A DNA stretch of 64,000 nucleotides, taken from Dipteris shenzhenensis. Taxonomy: Eukaryota. The stretch is taken from the NCBI GenBank assembly GCA_047967505.1, contig CM106538.1. One strand, 5' to 3'. This document shows positions 1 through 14,277 of the stretch, piece by piece. Both the position numbers and the translations under genes were made by a program. Positions within the stretch are counted from its first letter, which is position 1, and every line of letters begins with the position of its first letter. The notes beneath the pieces were generated by a model. That model was not told the DNA's origin. It did no database searches and worked only from the letters and a program-made list of their open reading frames with translations.

Positions 1-640
1 ATAGACCCGCGCCAAATGGCCCATCTGTCTAGACCAAAAGCAATGACCTAGAAGGCTTGGAACCTCCACCCTCTTTGGAGCACTCACCCAACAAGTGTCT
101 CAAGGAAGATCTCCTCTGACAGAGTCTCTGGGGACTCAACAATCACCCTAAGATGCCGGACCCCATGATCTGCCAACATTGAAGCTGCCGAAGTCAGTGG
201 GGCATCACCTTTTGGATGGGAGGATGGAGCAGGCACTCCTTTGGAAGCTCCGAGAAGCGGAGCGTCACTGTGCAACACGTAGTGCGTCTAATCCATGTCG
301 TTGACCATGAACCCATGCTACCAAGGAATGAAACAAGCCAAGTGCAGGCCAAAGAAGATAAGACTCTTCTCCACCAAAGCCTAGGTGGTATAGGGGAAGC
401 TCAACTGAGAAACGAAGACTCCCCTCCTGTAGACGCTAACCTCCTGAATATTGTCACCCTCTAGCGCGAATCTTGCTTGTATCTAATCCTGGACCTGACT
501 CCTAGTAGGCATAAGCCCGACAATCCGGCCCACCAAGGTTTTGTCCTGAAGAGACTGGACGGCAATCTGCACCTAATGTTTGTCCTCCGGAGAAAGTAGG
601 ATCTTGACGGTTGAGGGAGTCAAGGGTCTAGCCAGACCAA
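1..640 (-). mobile_element. Degenerate plant L1 ORF1 (DUF4283-like) fragment
   Basis: Frameshifted minus-strand peptides 'LQDKTLVGRIVGLMP', 'KSLIFFGLHLACFIPW' and 'TVTLRFSELPKECL' follow the motif order of plant L1 ORF1. Boundaries are approximate. Confidence 0.45.
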
Positions 641-1963
641 AGGTCACCTCCACGAAAAGGATCTCCAAAATCAAGAACAAAATACATCGAGCTGCTGACG
701 AAGAAAAAAAGGGGAAGGGGAAAAGGAATAAAAAGAAGCTCGAAGGAGAAGCTTCTGCCTTCCAACCAGGCCCACTGAAAACGGAGCTAAAGCAGGCTGA
801 AAAGTCCTGCTTCAGTCCAACAGAAGGCCAGCTGATACACGACCAGCCAGCGAAAAAGACCACACAAAATATAGAGGCACCAACTTTGAAGTTAGATCAT
901 CAAATCAAGAATGTTGCATGAAGGGGTGTCAGTCCAGTTCCAACAAAGTGTACATATTCTCAAAAATCTTATCAAGGAAGGTAGCCTCATGATGAGTTTG
1001 ACTCACCAATTGGTGGAAAGGGTATGAAGGGAAGGGCCAAAAAGAAGGCAAAGGACATTGAGTCACCTCTTGTTGGGAGAGGAAAATCTCAAGGACAAAG
1101 GAGGCAGCAATAGAGCAAGGCTATGTTGAGGCTGATCTAACACCTCCTCCCAAGAAGAGTGGTGCACATCAAATTAGCCCACAATACAATTCACAAGAGG
1201 AACTATCTTCTTTACCTAAAAAGAAGAGATCAAAAGGATATTGCAGTCCTCATTTAGACTATCTTCTATGGGAAAGAGTATAAACCAAGAGCTTGCTATT
1301 AGGATTGAAGTAGAGGACATTTCAAATGAAGCAAAGCATTTTGAGAATCAACAGTTGTCAATAACAAAACAAGTATCAGCAAGTACTAGAGCACTCTTGA
1401 TCATCTCAAGAAATAAAGGCATTTCTGAGTTTGGTACACCAAAATCCTTGGGTGTTCTTACGAGTTGGTACAATGAGGATGACACTGATGCTATGCACTT
1501 CCATCTTATAAATAAAGGGAAGGTATGTGATGTTGTTGTTATGGAATCTCTTTTTTGTGAAGATGTTTCTACACCTATGGAGTTTGCAAGAGCAATAAGT
1601 CAATGCATCAAAGACAACAAAAACATTATCAGGTACTGAAGCATATCACTTTTGCTCCCTCTCAACCTATGCAAGTGCTGGCTTTACGACTCCAGCAATC
1701 AAGGAAAAAAACAGCCTTGAACCAGGCTGCTGCCAAGGGGGAGAGGAGCCCTTCAAACCCAGCTGCAGCCAGGGGCTGCTACTCCACTCAAACAGCATGA
1801 AAGGAAGTTGGTGCAGAAGGCACAACAGCCCTGAAGAAAGGTGCCTCAAAACAGCATGGAAGGGAGCTGAAAAGGGAGTCACAACTGGTAAAAGAGGATG
1901 AATGGTGGGGTAGAAGGGCAGCAGGAGTGCAAGCAATGCCCATAAGAATGGGGAGAGGAGGAA

Positions 1964-3416
1964 TGTAACCGGCTTTCAGTTTCCTAAAGGGCAGTAGACC
2001 ATAACGTGCATTGCATATTCATTATTCACAGCCACATTGCATCATTTCCAACCACTTAACTTTAAACAATACCACTTAGAAACAACTTGAGAAATAACTG
2101 GATGGAGGCTAGAATGCCCCTGCTCAATGAAACCAAGTACAAGACACCACACTGGCCCCAAACACTTGGCGCCCCTTCCTGTATTTATTTAATTCTTTAG
2201 GAATGAAATTGGTACATACAACAAGGGCTCTCCCTTGTGCTCTGCCCCACGAGCAATTCCACTGTCCAAGCCAAACCTTCGCTATAAACTGCATTCCATC
2301 CTAGTGCACACCCTAGCACCCAAGTGCCAAGGCAAAGCTAAGGCATTCGCCATTTGTCCATGACCAACTGTAAAAGTATCCAAGCATTCCACAAAGACTG
2401 TAACCAACTGTTAATGACCAGGCATCCAGACACTTCCCAAAAATCTCCAAATGCAATCACATGAAAAGGATAGCGACAAGAGAACTCAAACCAGCTTCAA
2501 CTGACTTCAATCCAGCTCCGAAACACCTCCAGAAGCACATATCCAGCGGTGAGGCTAGCAGGAGTAACAGACAGCTAGGAGAGGGAAAGGAAGAGAGTGA
2601 TTACGAGCTGGAATCAAGGAGAGAGAAAGAGCAAGAGGATCACGGGCAGGAAAGGGAAGCGATCAGCCAGCAACCTGCCTTGGGGTGTGTGCAAGGAATC
2701 GTATGATCAACTGCACAACAGCCCGTTCAATCTGGAAATCCATCCGTACAAATAGCCAAAGGTTGTACAATAGTAGCAAGTGCTACGTACAACGTACAAT
2801 TATGGCCTTGGGATTTGTGCAACGTGAAACAGTCGTGCAGCCTGCGTTGAATCATCCGTACAGCCAGCAAATAAACGTCCGTACAGCCAGCAATAAAGAC
2901 CTCATACAACAGCGTTGAAAGGACCGTACAGCAGGTACATACTCCTTCAATGCAGTTCCTACAGTCCGTACAGCGAGATGAGTGCAGGCCAAGAAAATGC
3001 AAGGAGTCAAGGCTTCCTTGGAATTCGTACGGCGTGCCCCTCACCTCGGGATACGTGAAGGAAGAAATAATCCAAAAAAGAAAACATACCTTAGCCTTGG
3101 AAGGAGAGGAAGAGGGTAGGTATGCATGAGGGAATGCCACGTGGCCCCCTCATTAAAGCTCTAACCCTTGCAAACCAATGGAACATTGGTTTGCCCGGTA
3201 CATTGGTTTGCCCCTCACATTAAAATCCTAACCCCTTCTAACCAATGAAACATTGGTTTCCTTGGGCCCAACTTTAAGACCCCTCTAAACCTTGCCTTGC
3301 CCCTAGCAAGTAGGCCTAGTGTGTGCACTTAGGGAGTTCTGGGAAGTGTCTCTTCCCCTGGGCTAGCCCCCTAAGCCAAAGTAAGTCACGGTTCATAACT
3401 TCACGTCCCCGTGACA
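1964..3416 (-). mobile_element. Solo LTR (1,453 bp) with 5-bp TSD, in NDUFA9 intron 7
   Basis: Starts TGTAAC (1964) and ends GTGACA (3416), flanked by identical AGGAA (1959-1963 and 3417-3421). Non-coding. Orientation is inferred from a CT-rich tract followed by AATAAA on the minus strand. Confidence 0.75.
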
Positions 3417-3445
3417 AGGAAGCAAGGCAGGGAGGGGAAAAAAAC

Positions 3446-3476
<31 letters not shown>

Positions 3477-3931
3477 TGGGGCGGGGGCGCAACTCAGCAT
3501 GGCAGGGAGAAGTGGTGGGGTAATTCCAAGACTGAGTCAGACTGTTCTGGTCAGCTACTTTAAGAGTCAATCAGCCTATTCTAGAGGGGGACTTCCCTAT
3601 TAAAGGAGGCCATATGGAGGTCCCCAAAGCAAGTTCATATTCTGCAGCAGTCCTCAGCCATATGGGGCACTACCTGTTGCATGCCTACATCCAGTAGGAG
3701 ATCAGGAGTGTGTGCTGGAAAGAGCAGCCTGAAGAGCTCAACAACCTAAACCAAGCTACCGATCCTATCAAGGAGCCCCATGGTGATCCAGGAGGAGTTC
3801 TACAGCAGTAGGAGCAGTTACTAGTGCACAAGGGAGAGCCATAGCTGTACCAGACAGCAAGTAGTGGCTTACTGAAGTGCAGGTTTTGTACATGATCGAC
3901 ATCATCACAAATCAAAGGTCAGAGAATACAC

Positions 3932-4063
3932 CTGAGGAAAATGTCGAAGAGCTATCTCATCTGCAAGGGCCTTGGTACGGTACATCTTTGATGGTGATGT
4001 GATAGAAGCTCCAAGGCAAGAAGCTTGTATATACCTGATGATCCCACCATGTTGTTGTGACAA
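3932..4063 (-). CDS. NDUFA9: NADH dehydrogenase 1 alpha subcomplex subunit 9 (complex I 39-kDa), exon 7; gene continues beyond the left edge
   Basis: Encodes LSQQHGGIIRYIQASCLGASITSPSKMYRTKALADEIALRHFPQ, matching plant NDUFA9 'HGGIMRYIQVSCLGAS..SPSRM'. Acceptor tgcAG, donor GTgtat, 132 nt. Confidence 0.93.
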
Positions 4064-4188
4064 CTGCATTACCATGCAAAAAATCATGCATCCAGTAGGT
4101 TCAACTCATAGCTAGCTAGTAAAAATGAATTTGTAGGACTAAATATCAAAAGTTGGAATGACTGATAAGATCTAAAAGAACTCATTAC

Positions 4189-4259
4189 TCTGGATAAAGC
4201 CTCTGATATGCCAATATGCACATCATCAAAGCTGAAATTTCTAGTCTCATATTCTCTTC
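4189..4259 (-). CDS. NDUFA9: NDUFA9 exon 6
   Basis: Encodes (G)REYETRNFSFDDVHIGISEALSR. Acceptor ccAG, donor GTaatg, phase consistent with exons 5 and 7. Confidence 0.93.
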
Positions 4260-4365
4260 CTGGAAGCAATTACATGAGCTCAATTAGCAACATATAACCC
4301 ACATTGTCACCCTATCTATGTAGCACAAAAGTGATCATAACACATAAAAGCAAACCCTCACAGAC

Positions 4366-4450
4366 CGATAAGATTGATTACAACATTTGACTTAGCAATT
4401 GCAGCCTTCATGGAGTTCTCATCTCTTGGATCAAATTTGATTGGTACAAT
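4366..4450 (-). CDS. NDUFA9: NDUFA9 exon 5
   Basis: Encodes IVPIKFDPRDENSMKAAIAKSNVVINLI(G). Acceptor tgcAG, donor GTctgt. Confidence 0.93.
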
Positions 4451-5657
4451 CTGCATACCCAAAGAAACGAAATGGTTACAAAACAAGAGTACACATTCTA
4501 TGAAAGATTTCATAATTACAAAATCCTTCAAATCTTGTACAAAATACTGTGTCCTCTCTCAGCCTTCAGTTAGCTATCCTCTAAAGCCGGTTCTCTTTCA
4601 CCCTGTCAGCCCTCCATTCCATCCCACTAACTCTGCTTACTCCTCCATCCAAGCCCTCTACAGGAGTAGTAGCAGAGACAAGCACACGAGAACTCTGAGC
4701 TTACTGAGTGCCTTGCTCACTTCAAGGGCTAGCTTAAGTGCAGTGCAAGGGAAAAGGAGAGGCAAATTGTGCAAGAGGTGAAAATAGTACACACTTGAGC
4801 ATGAAAACTTTCAAGGTATTAACACCTGCAAACAGCTGCATTTGTAGCACCTACAACTACACTACTTGGGAAGATCTACCCAAGGGATAAGCATTTCGTG
4901 GATTCACCTGATCAAATTTTCAATTAATTGCCTCTCCTCCTTCACAACTCATGTCTGTGGTTCTGACTAAAATTTTACACGAGCTCCAAAATCCAGATCT
5001 AGAAAGACAGGTCGGACAAGAGAACCCACTAGAAATTGGACAATTGGCTAAAATTTGGGATTAAAAATACAACTATGCATGTGCTTTCATTTCAAAGGCA
5101 GTACATATAGGATATGAGGAGGGTGCAATCTCATTCATGAAAAAGAAAAGCCTCATGTACAAATCATCTGCAAAAGCAAACATTATTCAACAAACTCACA
5201 AACTGAAGGTACGAAGATCTGAAGAGTCAAGGAGCTCGCTTCAACTCAAATCAAAACAAATAGTTGGGGAACTAGCTAGAGCTTGAGAAGCTAGGAAACA
5301 AGGTAAGTGGGCAGTTGACTAGGAAGGAGAATTGAGTTTAAGATTACATTTCCGCCTAAAACTGGCTAGATGGTCAATCTGCTAAATTTCTCCTTTTGTG
5401 CTTTAGTTTCTAGCTTTTCGTGCAGAATTTGCTATAAGACAAAAGCCTTAGCATCAAGGAAAACAGTCGGGACATTATGCAATGACCTGTTTTTGAGTGA
5501 CTCTAAGTCTCAATTTCAAAATTTGATGCCACCCTACATTGGAACATTGCAACAATATTTTTAATGGGCCATGTCCTTTTCACTACACCAAATACAGAAG
5601 AGCTTTGCAATGAACCATAGCAAAGATAAATTCTTGGGCTCAGGAAAACAAGTGACT

Positions 5658-5894
5658 TGAAAGCGAAAGGAGATCGAGAGCAAGCCACACAAACGTAGGT
5701 AATAGAAGAGATAAGGAAAGATACAAAAGGTGAAGGTTTTATTTGAGTGGCAAAACCTAAACCTATCCACTAACCGTAGTTAGGGATCCTAATTGTGGTT
5801 AGGGGAAAAAACCTCCAATGAGGGAAAAGTGCCCCTAACTCATTTATTGACTATACATTGGTCACTGCCATAAATTATGGCGATAATTCCAACA
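5658..5894 (-). repeat. 3' LTR (237 bp) of the copia element, preceded by a PPT at 5895-5900
   Basis: Reads TGTTGG...CTTTCA on the minus strand, directly after a G-run PPT. Its end matches the 21-bp 5' LTR remnant at 14870-14890 next to the PBS. Confidence 0.85.
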
Positions 5895-8800
5895 CCCCCC
5901 TGCAGTGCCAATGTGATGATGTACAAGGAAAAGATCAATCACCAAAAGGAGATAAGTTCAGGGCATTGCGAAATGCCTCAAAATTCTCGTGTGGAAGTGC
6001 TTTAGTGAAGATGTCTGCAACATTGTCATGTGTCGAGACATATATCATATTGATTTCCCCTGCATGCAACTTCTCTCTAACATAATGATAATGAACCTCA
6101 ATGTGCTTCATGCGAGCATGAAACACAGGATTCTTTGCGACTGCTATAGCACTCTGACTATCAATGAGAATCGGAGAAGGACCCTCCAATGATAGATGAA
6201 GATCAGCAAATAAGCGGCGTAGCCACACACACTCAACTGTTGCTGTGAAAGCTGCCATGTACTCCGCTTCACATGAGGAAGTAGCCACGGTAGATTGTTT
6301 CTTACTGAGCCAAGAAATGCAAGCATGTCCCAAAAAGAAACAATTACCACTTGTGGATTGCCTAGTGTCATGATATCCAGCCCAATCTGAGTCACTGTAA
6401 GCATGCATCTGCAAGTCACTCCCCCTGGGAAACATCAAGCCATAAGACTTTGTGCCTTGCAAGTAACGGAAGATGCGTTTTACAGTTTGCCAATGTGCTG
6501 TCTTTGGGCTGTGGGATATACCTGCTCACCTGCGATACTGCAAACTGAATATCGGGCCATGTATTGCACAAATAAATGAGGCATCCAACAGCCTGGCTGA
6601 AGAGTGTGGCATCTACTGATTCACTTGCATCATACATAGTAAGCTTCAGCCCTGGCTCCATGGGAGTGGCTGTAGACTTGCAATCTTGCATGTTGAACCG
6701 ATCCAAGAGCTTTTGCACATACTTGGATTGAGAAATAATAATGCCACGTCTCTCTTGTATAAACTGGATCCCCAAATAAAAATGCAACATGCCTAAATCT
6801 GACATGTCAAACATAGCTTTCAATTCACCTTTTGAAATCTGCAATTTTTTCTTCATGCAACCCTATGAGCAACATGTCATCTACATAAAGAATGATGACC
6901 AAAATATCCCCCCCCATCCTATTTGATGTAAAGGGTACTTTCAGTTGGACTATATGAAGACCCTTGCTAGTCAAAAAGGCATCAATCTTGGAGTACCATG
7001 CATGTGGGGCTTGTTTCAACCCATACAAAGCTTTATTCAGCTTGCAAACTTTACGTGCATTACCCGAAATTTCAAAGCCACGAGGTTGTTTGACATAACC
7101 TCTTGCTGTAAATGCTGATTTTCAACGGGTATGTCATATGCGGAACCCAAAGCAATGGGTAGTAATCCCTCAAAAACATCATCTGATGTGGAAGAAGCTG
7201 GAACATTGTGTATGTGCTGAATTTTCTGAAAAAGATCTCTGCTAACAAAAATCTTGCGTGAAGCAGGATTGTAGAGACGGTAACCTTTGCTCTCTGCACT
7301 ATACCCAACAAATAAGCATTTAAGTGCCTTGTCTGACAACTTATGTCGAAACTCAACAAGCACATGGGCATATGGAACACATCCAAACACACGAAAATGT
7401 TCCACTGAAGGCTTCTCCTATGCCAAACTTCAAAAGGAGTCTTTGTTTTCAAAGCCTTAGTGGGACCCCAATTCAAAACATAGTTGCCACACATAGGACC
7501 CTCAAGTCAAAACCGGTGAGGCAACTTTTTGCTTGTGAGCATGCATCTATACATCTCCATAAGAGTTCTATTATTCCGCTCAGCTGCTCAGCTTTGCCAT
7601 TTTGCTGAGGGGTAAGCCTCACTGTAAGCTGATGGGTGATGCCTTTCTCTTTCAAATAAGCCTCAAATTCATTAGACATATACTCACCCCCTCTATCGGA
7701 GCGTAGAATCTAAACCATGAGGCATGTTTCATTCTCAAGCTTTGCCACAAAGTATCGAAAATCTGTAAACCATAGACCCAAGTGTAGTTTGAGTAGTCAT
7801 CAATAAATGTGACATAATAGAGATAACCACCCAATGCAGGAGTAGTTATGGGACCACAAATGAGATGTGATTTCCAAACAGCTCGTACTGCACCATCCTT
7901 CTTAAAGGGAAACCTATGCATCTTCCCAAGTATGCACCCTTCACAGATATGAGGAAGAGGTCACTCCAAAGGAGACAAAGCATCAACCATAGAATGTTTT
8001 TGAAGTGTCATCAAGCTGTCATAACTCATATGCCCATATCTAGCATGCCATAACTCCCCATTCTGCATAGCAATAGTGAGAGTAGAAACTACAAGTGCAT
8101 CATCTGATCTTTTCTCAAAAACATCAAGCTGAAAAAGACCACGAAACAGCATGCCAGATAGTCTCAAGACATAATCATCTTCCCTATCTCGAACTGCACA
8201 CTTGTCATCTTCAAAGACAACCTGAAATCCTCTTTTATTGAGAGAGGACACTGAAAGCAAATTCTTCTTGATTCCAAGTACATAAAGCACATCATGAATT
8301 CTGAAATTTGTGCCATATGTGGCTGTAAGTAAATTTTCACCAATACCATGAACTGAATAAGAAGAATCATTTGCACAAGACACCCTTTTTTCAGCGGGTG
8401 ATGGATGCAGAGAATCGAACAAGCCCTTCCTGGAAGTGATATGTTTGGTGGCACCACTATCAAAGTACCAATTATTCAATGTCTCATTGAGATTGAAGCG
8501 CATGAATCCTTAGAAGGATCATAACTGCACGTTAGAAAAGCATAAGAGTCATTCTCAGATGTGGCTGTAATTTCTGGAGCAGCCACCTGAACATCGTAAA
8601 TGCAAGTCAAAATAGCATAGTCTTCTTCCACTAAGTTGGCTGAAGCATCACCATCATGTGCATGAGGGGCTGAATCTGTGACAGCCATACTTGAACCCTT
8701 TTTCTTTTCCTTGGCAATTCTTTTCTTGCATTCTCCTATGTAGTGACCCGGCTTCTTGCAATAATGACAAACACCATTTCTCTTGGGCTTCTCTGCATCA

Positions 8801-9109
8801 TTCTTAGCCTTGCGAGAAGGCTGTCTAGAATCAGCTTTATGCTGATGTGAAGGCTGATTTGCATGCTGTTTATGCTGCCCCTTCCGAATGGGCTTAAATT
8901 TCGAAAGCATGGCATACTCACCAGCTCGTGAAGCCATGTTCTTACTAGTTTGTTCTTCATGCAACAAAAGGTGAGAGGGTTGCCACCCCCCTTCAAAGAC
9001 AAGTTCAATGAGGTGTGAAAACCAAGATAAGACTCAGGAAGAGAATTCAAAGTGGTAGTGACCATCTCTGAATCTCGAATGATCTCATCAATATTCAACA
9101 ATTGCAATA

Positions 9110-12100
9110 GATCGGAGCTGCGAGCGCGGGTTCTCCAACAGCTCCGGCCTACTGCAATCCCTTCTTTGCCCACTGCTGCCTCCCCCATAAGGAAGGGAAC
9201 AAGGGGATGAGGACAGGAGACTAGGCGGGAGACCCTTCGGTCCAAATTTGCATACGCATGGAGATGGGGAAGGGGAACGGTGACAAGGCGAAAACACAAA
9301 AGCAACTCAATCTGGAGGACTTCAACAAACGCAACAACCGGAGCGGTTTGACAATAGACAGCACCGCGGCCCAGAAGAAAGGGGCCCACCCAGAGCCCAT
9401 GCCGCTCACCACATCCTCGACCTCTATGGTTACCACCACTATTTCACCACCATCATCCGCCTCATCATCTACACCACCTCTCTCCTCCCCCTCTCCTGCA
9501 TCATCATCACAGATCTCCTCTCCAGTAGCCTCACCATTGGCCCCACCAGCCACAACTCCACAGTACTTTCCCTCGTATCACCTCTACCTCTCAGTCAACC
9601 ACCCTTCATCACCTCATCCGGCCTCGCTACTCCTACATACCACTCCCCCGCCCAGATCATGCTGTCCCCACCCTCAGTACAACCTCAACAGCCCACCTTC
9701 ATTCCAACCCCTCTCGAGATCCAGTTCCCACCTAGACCAGGACATCTTAGGCCCCCACCAAATGCTTAGGACTCCCTATTGGCTGAGATACACAACATCC
9801 GGGCCCGTCAGGCAGAGCTGACACATTACACCCAGGAGCAGGCCCGCATTATACACGAGCAAGGCACCCTTACCCAGGGACTCACGGACTCAGGCACGAC
9901 ATCACACAGCTTCAAGAGGAGCTCGAGACCCTCAGAGCAGCACCTGGAGGGACCCCAGTCACAGAGATGGAGGCACAAATAGCCACGATACAGTCGGCTA
10001 TAGCAGAGACGACTAGATGGGTGGACGTGGCAAAACAGGAGCCCGCAAAGGCAACCGTTTCAGCCGCCATACAGGAGCAACAGCAGAGGGCTTAGAAGGC
10101 CCTCAACATCCGGATATGAGGAATCATGCGAGACAGCACCAGCACCACTACGACGCCCATGGAGGAGGCGATCACCTTTGTGACCACTACCATGGGGGTC
10201 CCCGACCATGGCATAGAGGGAGCATGGCATGTTGGGAGAGATCCCAACCGAGAGCAGTCCCTATTAATTCGCTTTAGAGATTCACATGCTCGACTAGCGA
10301 CACTCTGATGCCGAGCCGCTCTACGAGAGCATCCCACCCTATCCATGGACGAGGATTTGACACCACTACAGATTGAGGAGCAACGAGTTCTTCTGTAGCA
10401 ATGGGATGTTGCCCGCAAGGAAGGAAAATGGTCCGTGATCCGAGATGGTAGGTTGTTGACCGGCACCCGTCGGGCTCCCACCCGTACCCCCTAGGGGGAC
10501 GGGGCCTATGAGACTTAGGTTTCCGAGACCCTAGATTGCACCATTTGGAACTGTAATGGTACCTTATGGTTAGACCCAGGGAACTTCTCGGATTCTTATA
10601 CAGGACGAGACATAGTCTTTTACACGGAGACACACCAGAGCCCAGAGCGTCCACTACCGATAGTCAGTGGCTACACATGGGAGTCAGCCTTCAGCAATGA
10701 GACGAGGGATACAGGAGGAGTCCGAGAATCAAGCGGGGTCACAGTATTGTACAGGTCTTCCCTCGCTGGAGCCATCTCCATTGAGAGGAAGGACACACAC
10801 TCCCGATTCATGTGGATCTGGATCCAACGCACAGACACCCGTGACCTTTTCATAGCAATATGCTACTTCCCGCCACACACATCCTACTTCGCCAGAGTGG
10901 CACGAGAGGAGGGTGAGACATCGCCATATGCACCCTTACATCAAGTTATCCCAGACATTTCAGCCCGCGGGGAAGTTCTCCTTGTTGGGGACTTCAACAC
11001 CAGGACGAGCACGCGACAGGCACCACTCCTGGACTTCCAAGACGACTCTATCATGCTACCAGACATGGACCTAGACGGAGCAGGTATGACCAGGACCTCA
11101 TCGGACCGACACGGCCCTGTTACACCATATGGACACGCGCTCCTTGATCTGGGCAGGATGCATGATCTCATCATCTACAACGGGCTTGACCTATGGCCCT
11201 CCTCAAGTGGCTTTACTTGCTTCCCACACGAGGGGGGCACTAGTGTAGTAGATTACATCATGGGATCCCCTACCTTCACTTCATGTATCACCGACTTCAC
11301 CGTAGTACCACTCCCTGCAGGAGCTGATCACATACCTATTCTTCACTATCGCCACCCCACGCTTAGCCACACCACACACCACATAGGAAGCACGACACCT
11401 ATCACGACACACTTTGATCATAGCCTCTCACCGGCCTACTTTGGACACCTAAACAGACTCCTAACCTACATCTATCACATACCACTCATAGAGGACCGTG
11501 CTGCCCTAATTAGTCGCTCACTCCACGAGGCTGCCCTTCAAATCTTTCCCCACACCACACGGTCCACTAGACCACCACCTCTTGGTTCTGTACCCTGCAA
11601 CAATTGGTACGATGCGGAGTGCAATGCTTATCGCCGACAGCTCTGACTTGAAACCAAATGTCACCTCCCGAACACACCAGACACGGTACGCAAGTACCGA
11701 CGTCTCGTACGTCGGAAGAAGCAGGCATTTCTTCGTCGAAATGAGGAGCTACTGCACATCTTGTACAACAACAACTCTAAGGATTTTGGGCGGAGATTCC
11801 TTGAGCGTAGGTCTCCACCACCCCTCACCGACACGAGAGTTTGGCACACGTATGCACACCATCTTTATGATGTCCCACACCAGCCCACTCCAGATCTCAT
11901 ACACACACGTCGCCCCACCACTTGCACGTTGTTCACCAGAGGGGGAGTCAAGGATGCGACATTGAAACTGCACAATGGCCGAGCTAAGGATCACAAGGGG
12001 CTATGCACTGAGTTCATCGCATATGGGATCGACACGTTAGCCCCGATCCTAACAAAGCTATTCAATGGCGCTGTTTGCCTTGGCTTCCCCTGCACCTGGA

Positions 12101-13120
12101 CACTCAACACCATCACCCCCATCCACAAGGCAGGGGATCCCATGGACCGGAGTAACTACAAGACTATCATGATTGGACATGTGATGTCCAAGATCTATGC
12201 AAGTATATTGGATGCGTCGGTCAGCCTGTTCGCAAAGATGAGAGACAGAGATGAGAGGGCTTAGAGCAGAGGGTCAGGCCGGTTTCAGGCGAGACCATGG
12301 GACTATGGATCACAAACCTCTCGAGCAAACATGCAACAGAAGCAGTTTACTTTTACTCTCGGTGGGTCACCAGTTGAGATCGTATCCTCATACACTTACT
12401 TGGGGCATCTTCTCCGGCCCAATCTTCACGATGAGACCAATGATGCAGGCCAGACTGAGCAGGGGATACACCTCACTGGATTGGCTAGAGAGACAATGCT
12501 TCCACTCCCACTTCCAGGACCCTCAGACCAAGGCTCTTCTCTTCGACTCCTTGGTCCGACCAGCCGGTATGTATGGCAGCCCTTGTTGGAGGCTGACATG
12601 TCAGAGATAGAGTGGACACGGGTGGAGCGCCTGCAGATCCTCATGCTCTAACGTATGATCAGGGGGAAACCGTCTGTACCACACACATCATTCAGGCCGA
12701 GTTTGGTGCTTCTCCACTCCAGCTAGCTAGATGCAGCCTTTCAGACCATCACATATCTACACCGGGTTAGATCATATGGGGACTGCACATCAGAGAGACA
12801 GAGGTTGCCATGTTTGGCTCTCAATTCCTCCATGAGGTTGGCAGTAGAGGGAGACGAGCGATGCTGGTATGCACGGACTCACAGATGATTTGTGAGACTA
12901 GGGTTCCACATCGATAAGATACCCTCCTTTTCAGTACAGTTTAGATGCCCCTCCCGTACTCCCACCCACCATCCCGATCGGGCCACACACCAACCGGGTC
13001 ATTCGAGAGGATCTCCTGCAGCTATACACCTTTAGGACCTGGTTGGAGCCGAGGGAGCTTCCAGTGAAGCTGAGTTTCTACAAAGATTACTGTCCTCGTA
13101 TTTCGGAGGAGGGATTCATC
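9110..13120 (+). mobile_element. Non-LTR retrotransposon copy 1 (RTEX-like LINE): ORF1, APE and partial RT; internally deleted and 3'-truncated
   Basis: ORF1 relic (~9258-10490) has 'KALNIRI.GI', 'IEGAWHVGR', 'LLIRFRDS' and 'MDEDLTP'. ORF2 from ~10508 has APE motifs 'CYFPP', 'GDFNTRT', 'FTCF..EGGTSVVDYI' and RT 'ITPIHKAGD', 'EGQAGFRRDHGTMDH'. The YADD core is deleted near 12310. It splits the copia gag. Confidence 0.88.
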
Positions 13121-14277
13121 ATGAGTGTCATTGAGGAGGCTAGATTACAGAAGGACTTAGACATAGAGTCACCCTCATCCATATGAGTATGAGTCAACTC
13201 TCTCTTCAGGAAAGAGACCCTGGCATTATTGCGGGGTGAAAACATACTCTCCAAAATATCCCAAGCTGCCTTTGAGGTCTTGCATGACTGAATGTGCGGA
13301 ATATTGAACCTTTTGGCACAAAGGGAAAGTGCTTGTGCATCACGTGAATCCCACCTTTTCTGTTCCTGTGTGGGACGCACTACTACAGCAGCTACTGCAC
13401 CTAGCACTTGTCTTGCACCTTCAGCTCATCCTCTACCCTTACCTCCACCTTGTTGAGGAGAAGTGGCAGGTGCAACCACATTCTTTGGCCGTGTCTCATC
13501 CCCATTGACATAATCCCACAAGTGTTTGCCAACTAAGATATTGTGTACCATAAAACTCCATAAGGAGTAGTTGGTACCATCCAACTTATCCTCCTATGTG
13601 AGGACTTCAAACACTCCATTGGGATTGTTATGGGCCATAACTGCCAAAGAAAACAAAATGTAGCAAATGTGACAAGGATATCCCATCCTGGGATTTCAGA
13701 TGCACAACCCAAAAGTGCCAAGAAATCTGTCAACAATGACAGCTTGCTATCAAAGCCAATCAAAGGCTCAAAATGCACCCAAAAAGTCCTGCAAATGCCC
13801 AGAAACTGCCAAGCTAAAACTGCAAAAATTACCAATGTCTGCAATGTCACTCAAACTGAATCCAAAACTGCCTGCAACAGTCCCAAACTGCTAGTACACT
13901 GCCAAATTGCATCCGAATGCCAAAAGCCCCAAATTTTTGCAAAATTGCAAGCAAAACCAAGAGCCCCAAATTCTAGAGCAGATTTTTCAAACTGATTGCA
14001 ATGTTTGCAAAAAACAAAATGCCCCAAATGTAATCTGCACCTATCCCCTGCAAAGAGACCCTATAAAAACAACCTGTACAAAATATCTGCTTCCAAGAGC
14101 TGCAGGTAAACAAGCAGTCTGTACGGATAGCACCATATGTGCAGGTACAGACTGTACGGCATTGCGCATCAACTGAGGGGTGTAGGTACGGAATGATGTA
14201 CGACTGGGCACGTGTGCAAGTACGGTGTGCAGCACTGCTTGCAGATACGAAAATCCGTACGCAGTACGCGCAAATGA

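Noticed and set aside
3446-3490. T-run followed by a long G-run (similar at ~28482-28522) as a functional G-quadruplex
   Set aside because: Homopolymer lengths are error-prone and nothing else supports a function.
1-3931. Further NDUFA9 exons ('ATIMRPA...EDRILN')
   Set aside because: Not found by eye on the minus strand; presumed to lie beyond the window edge.
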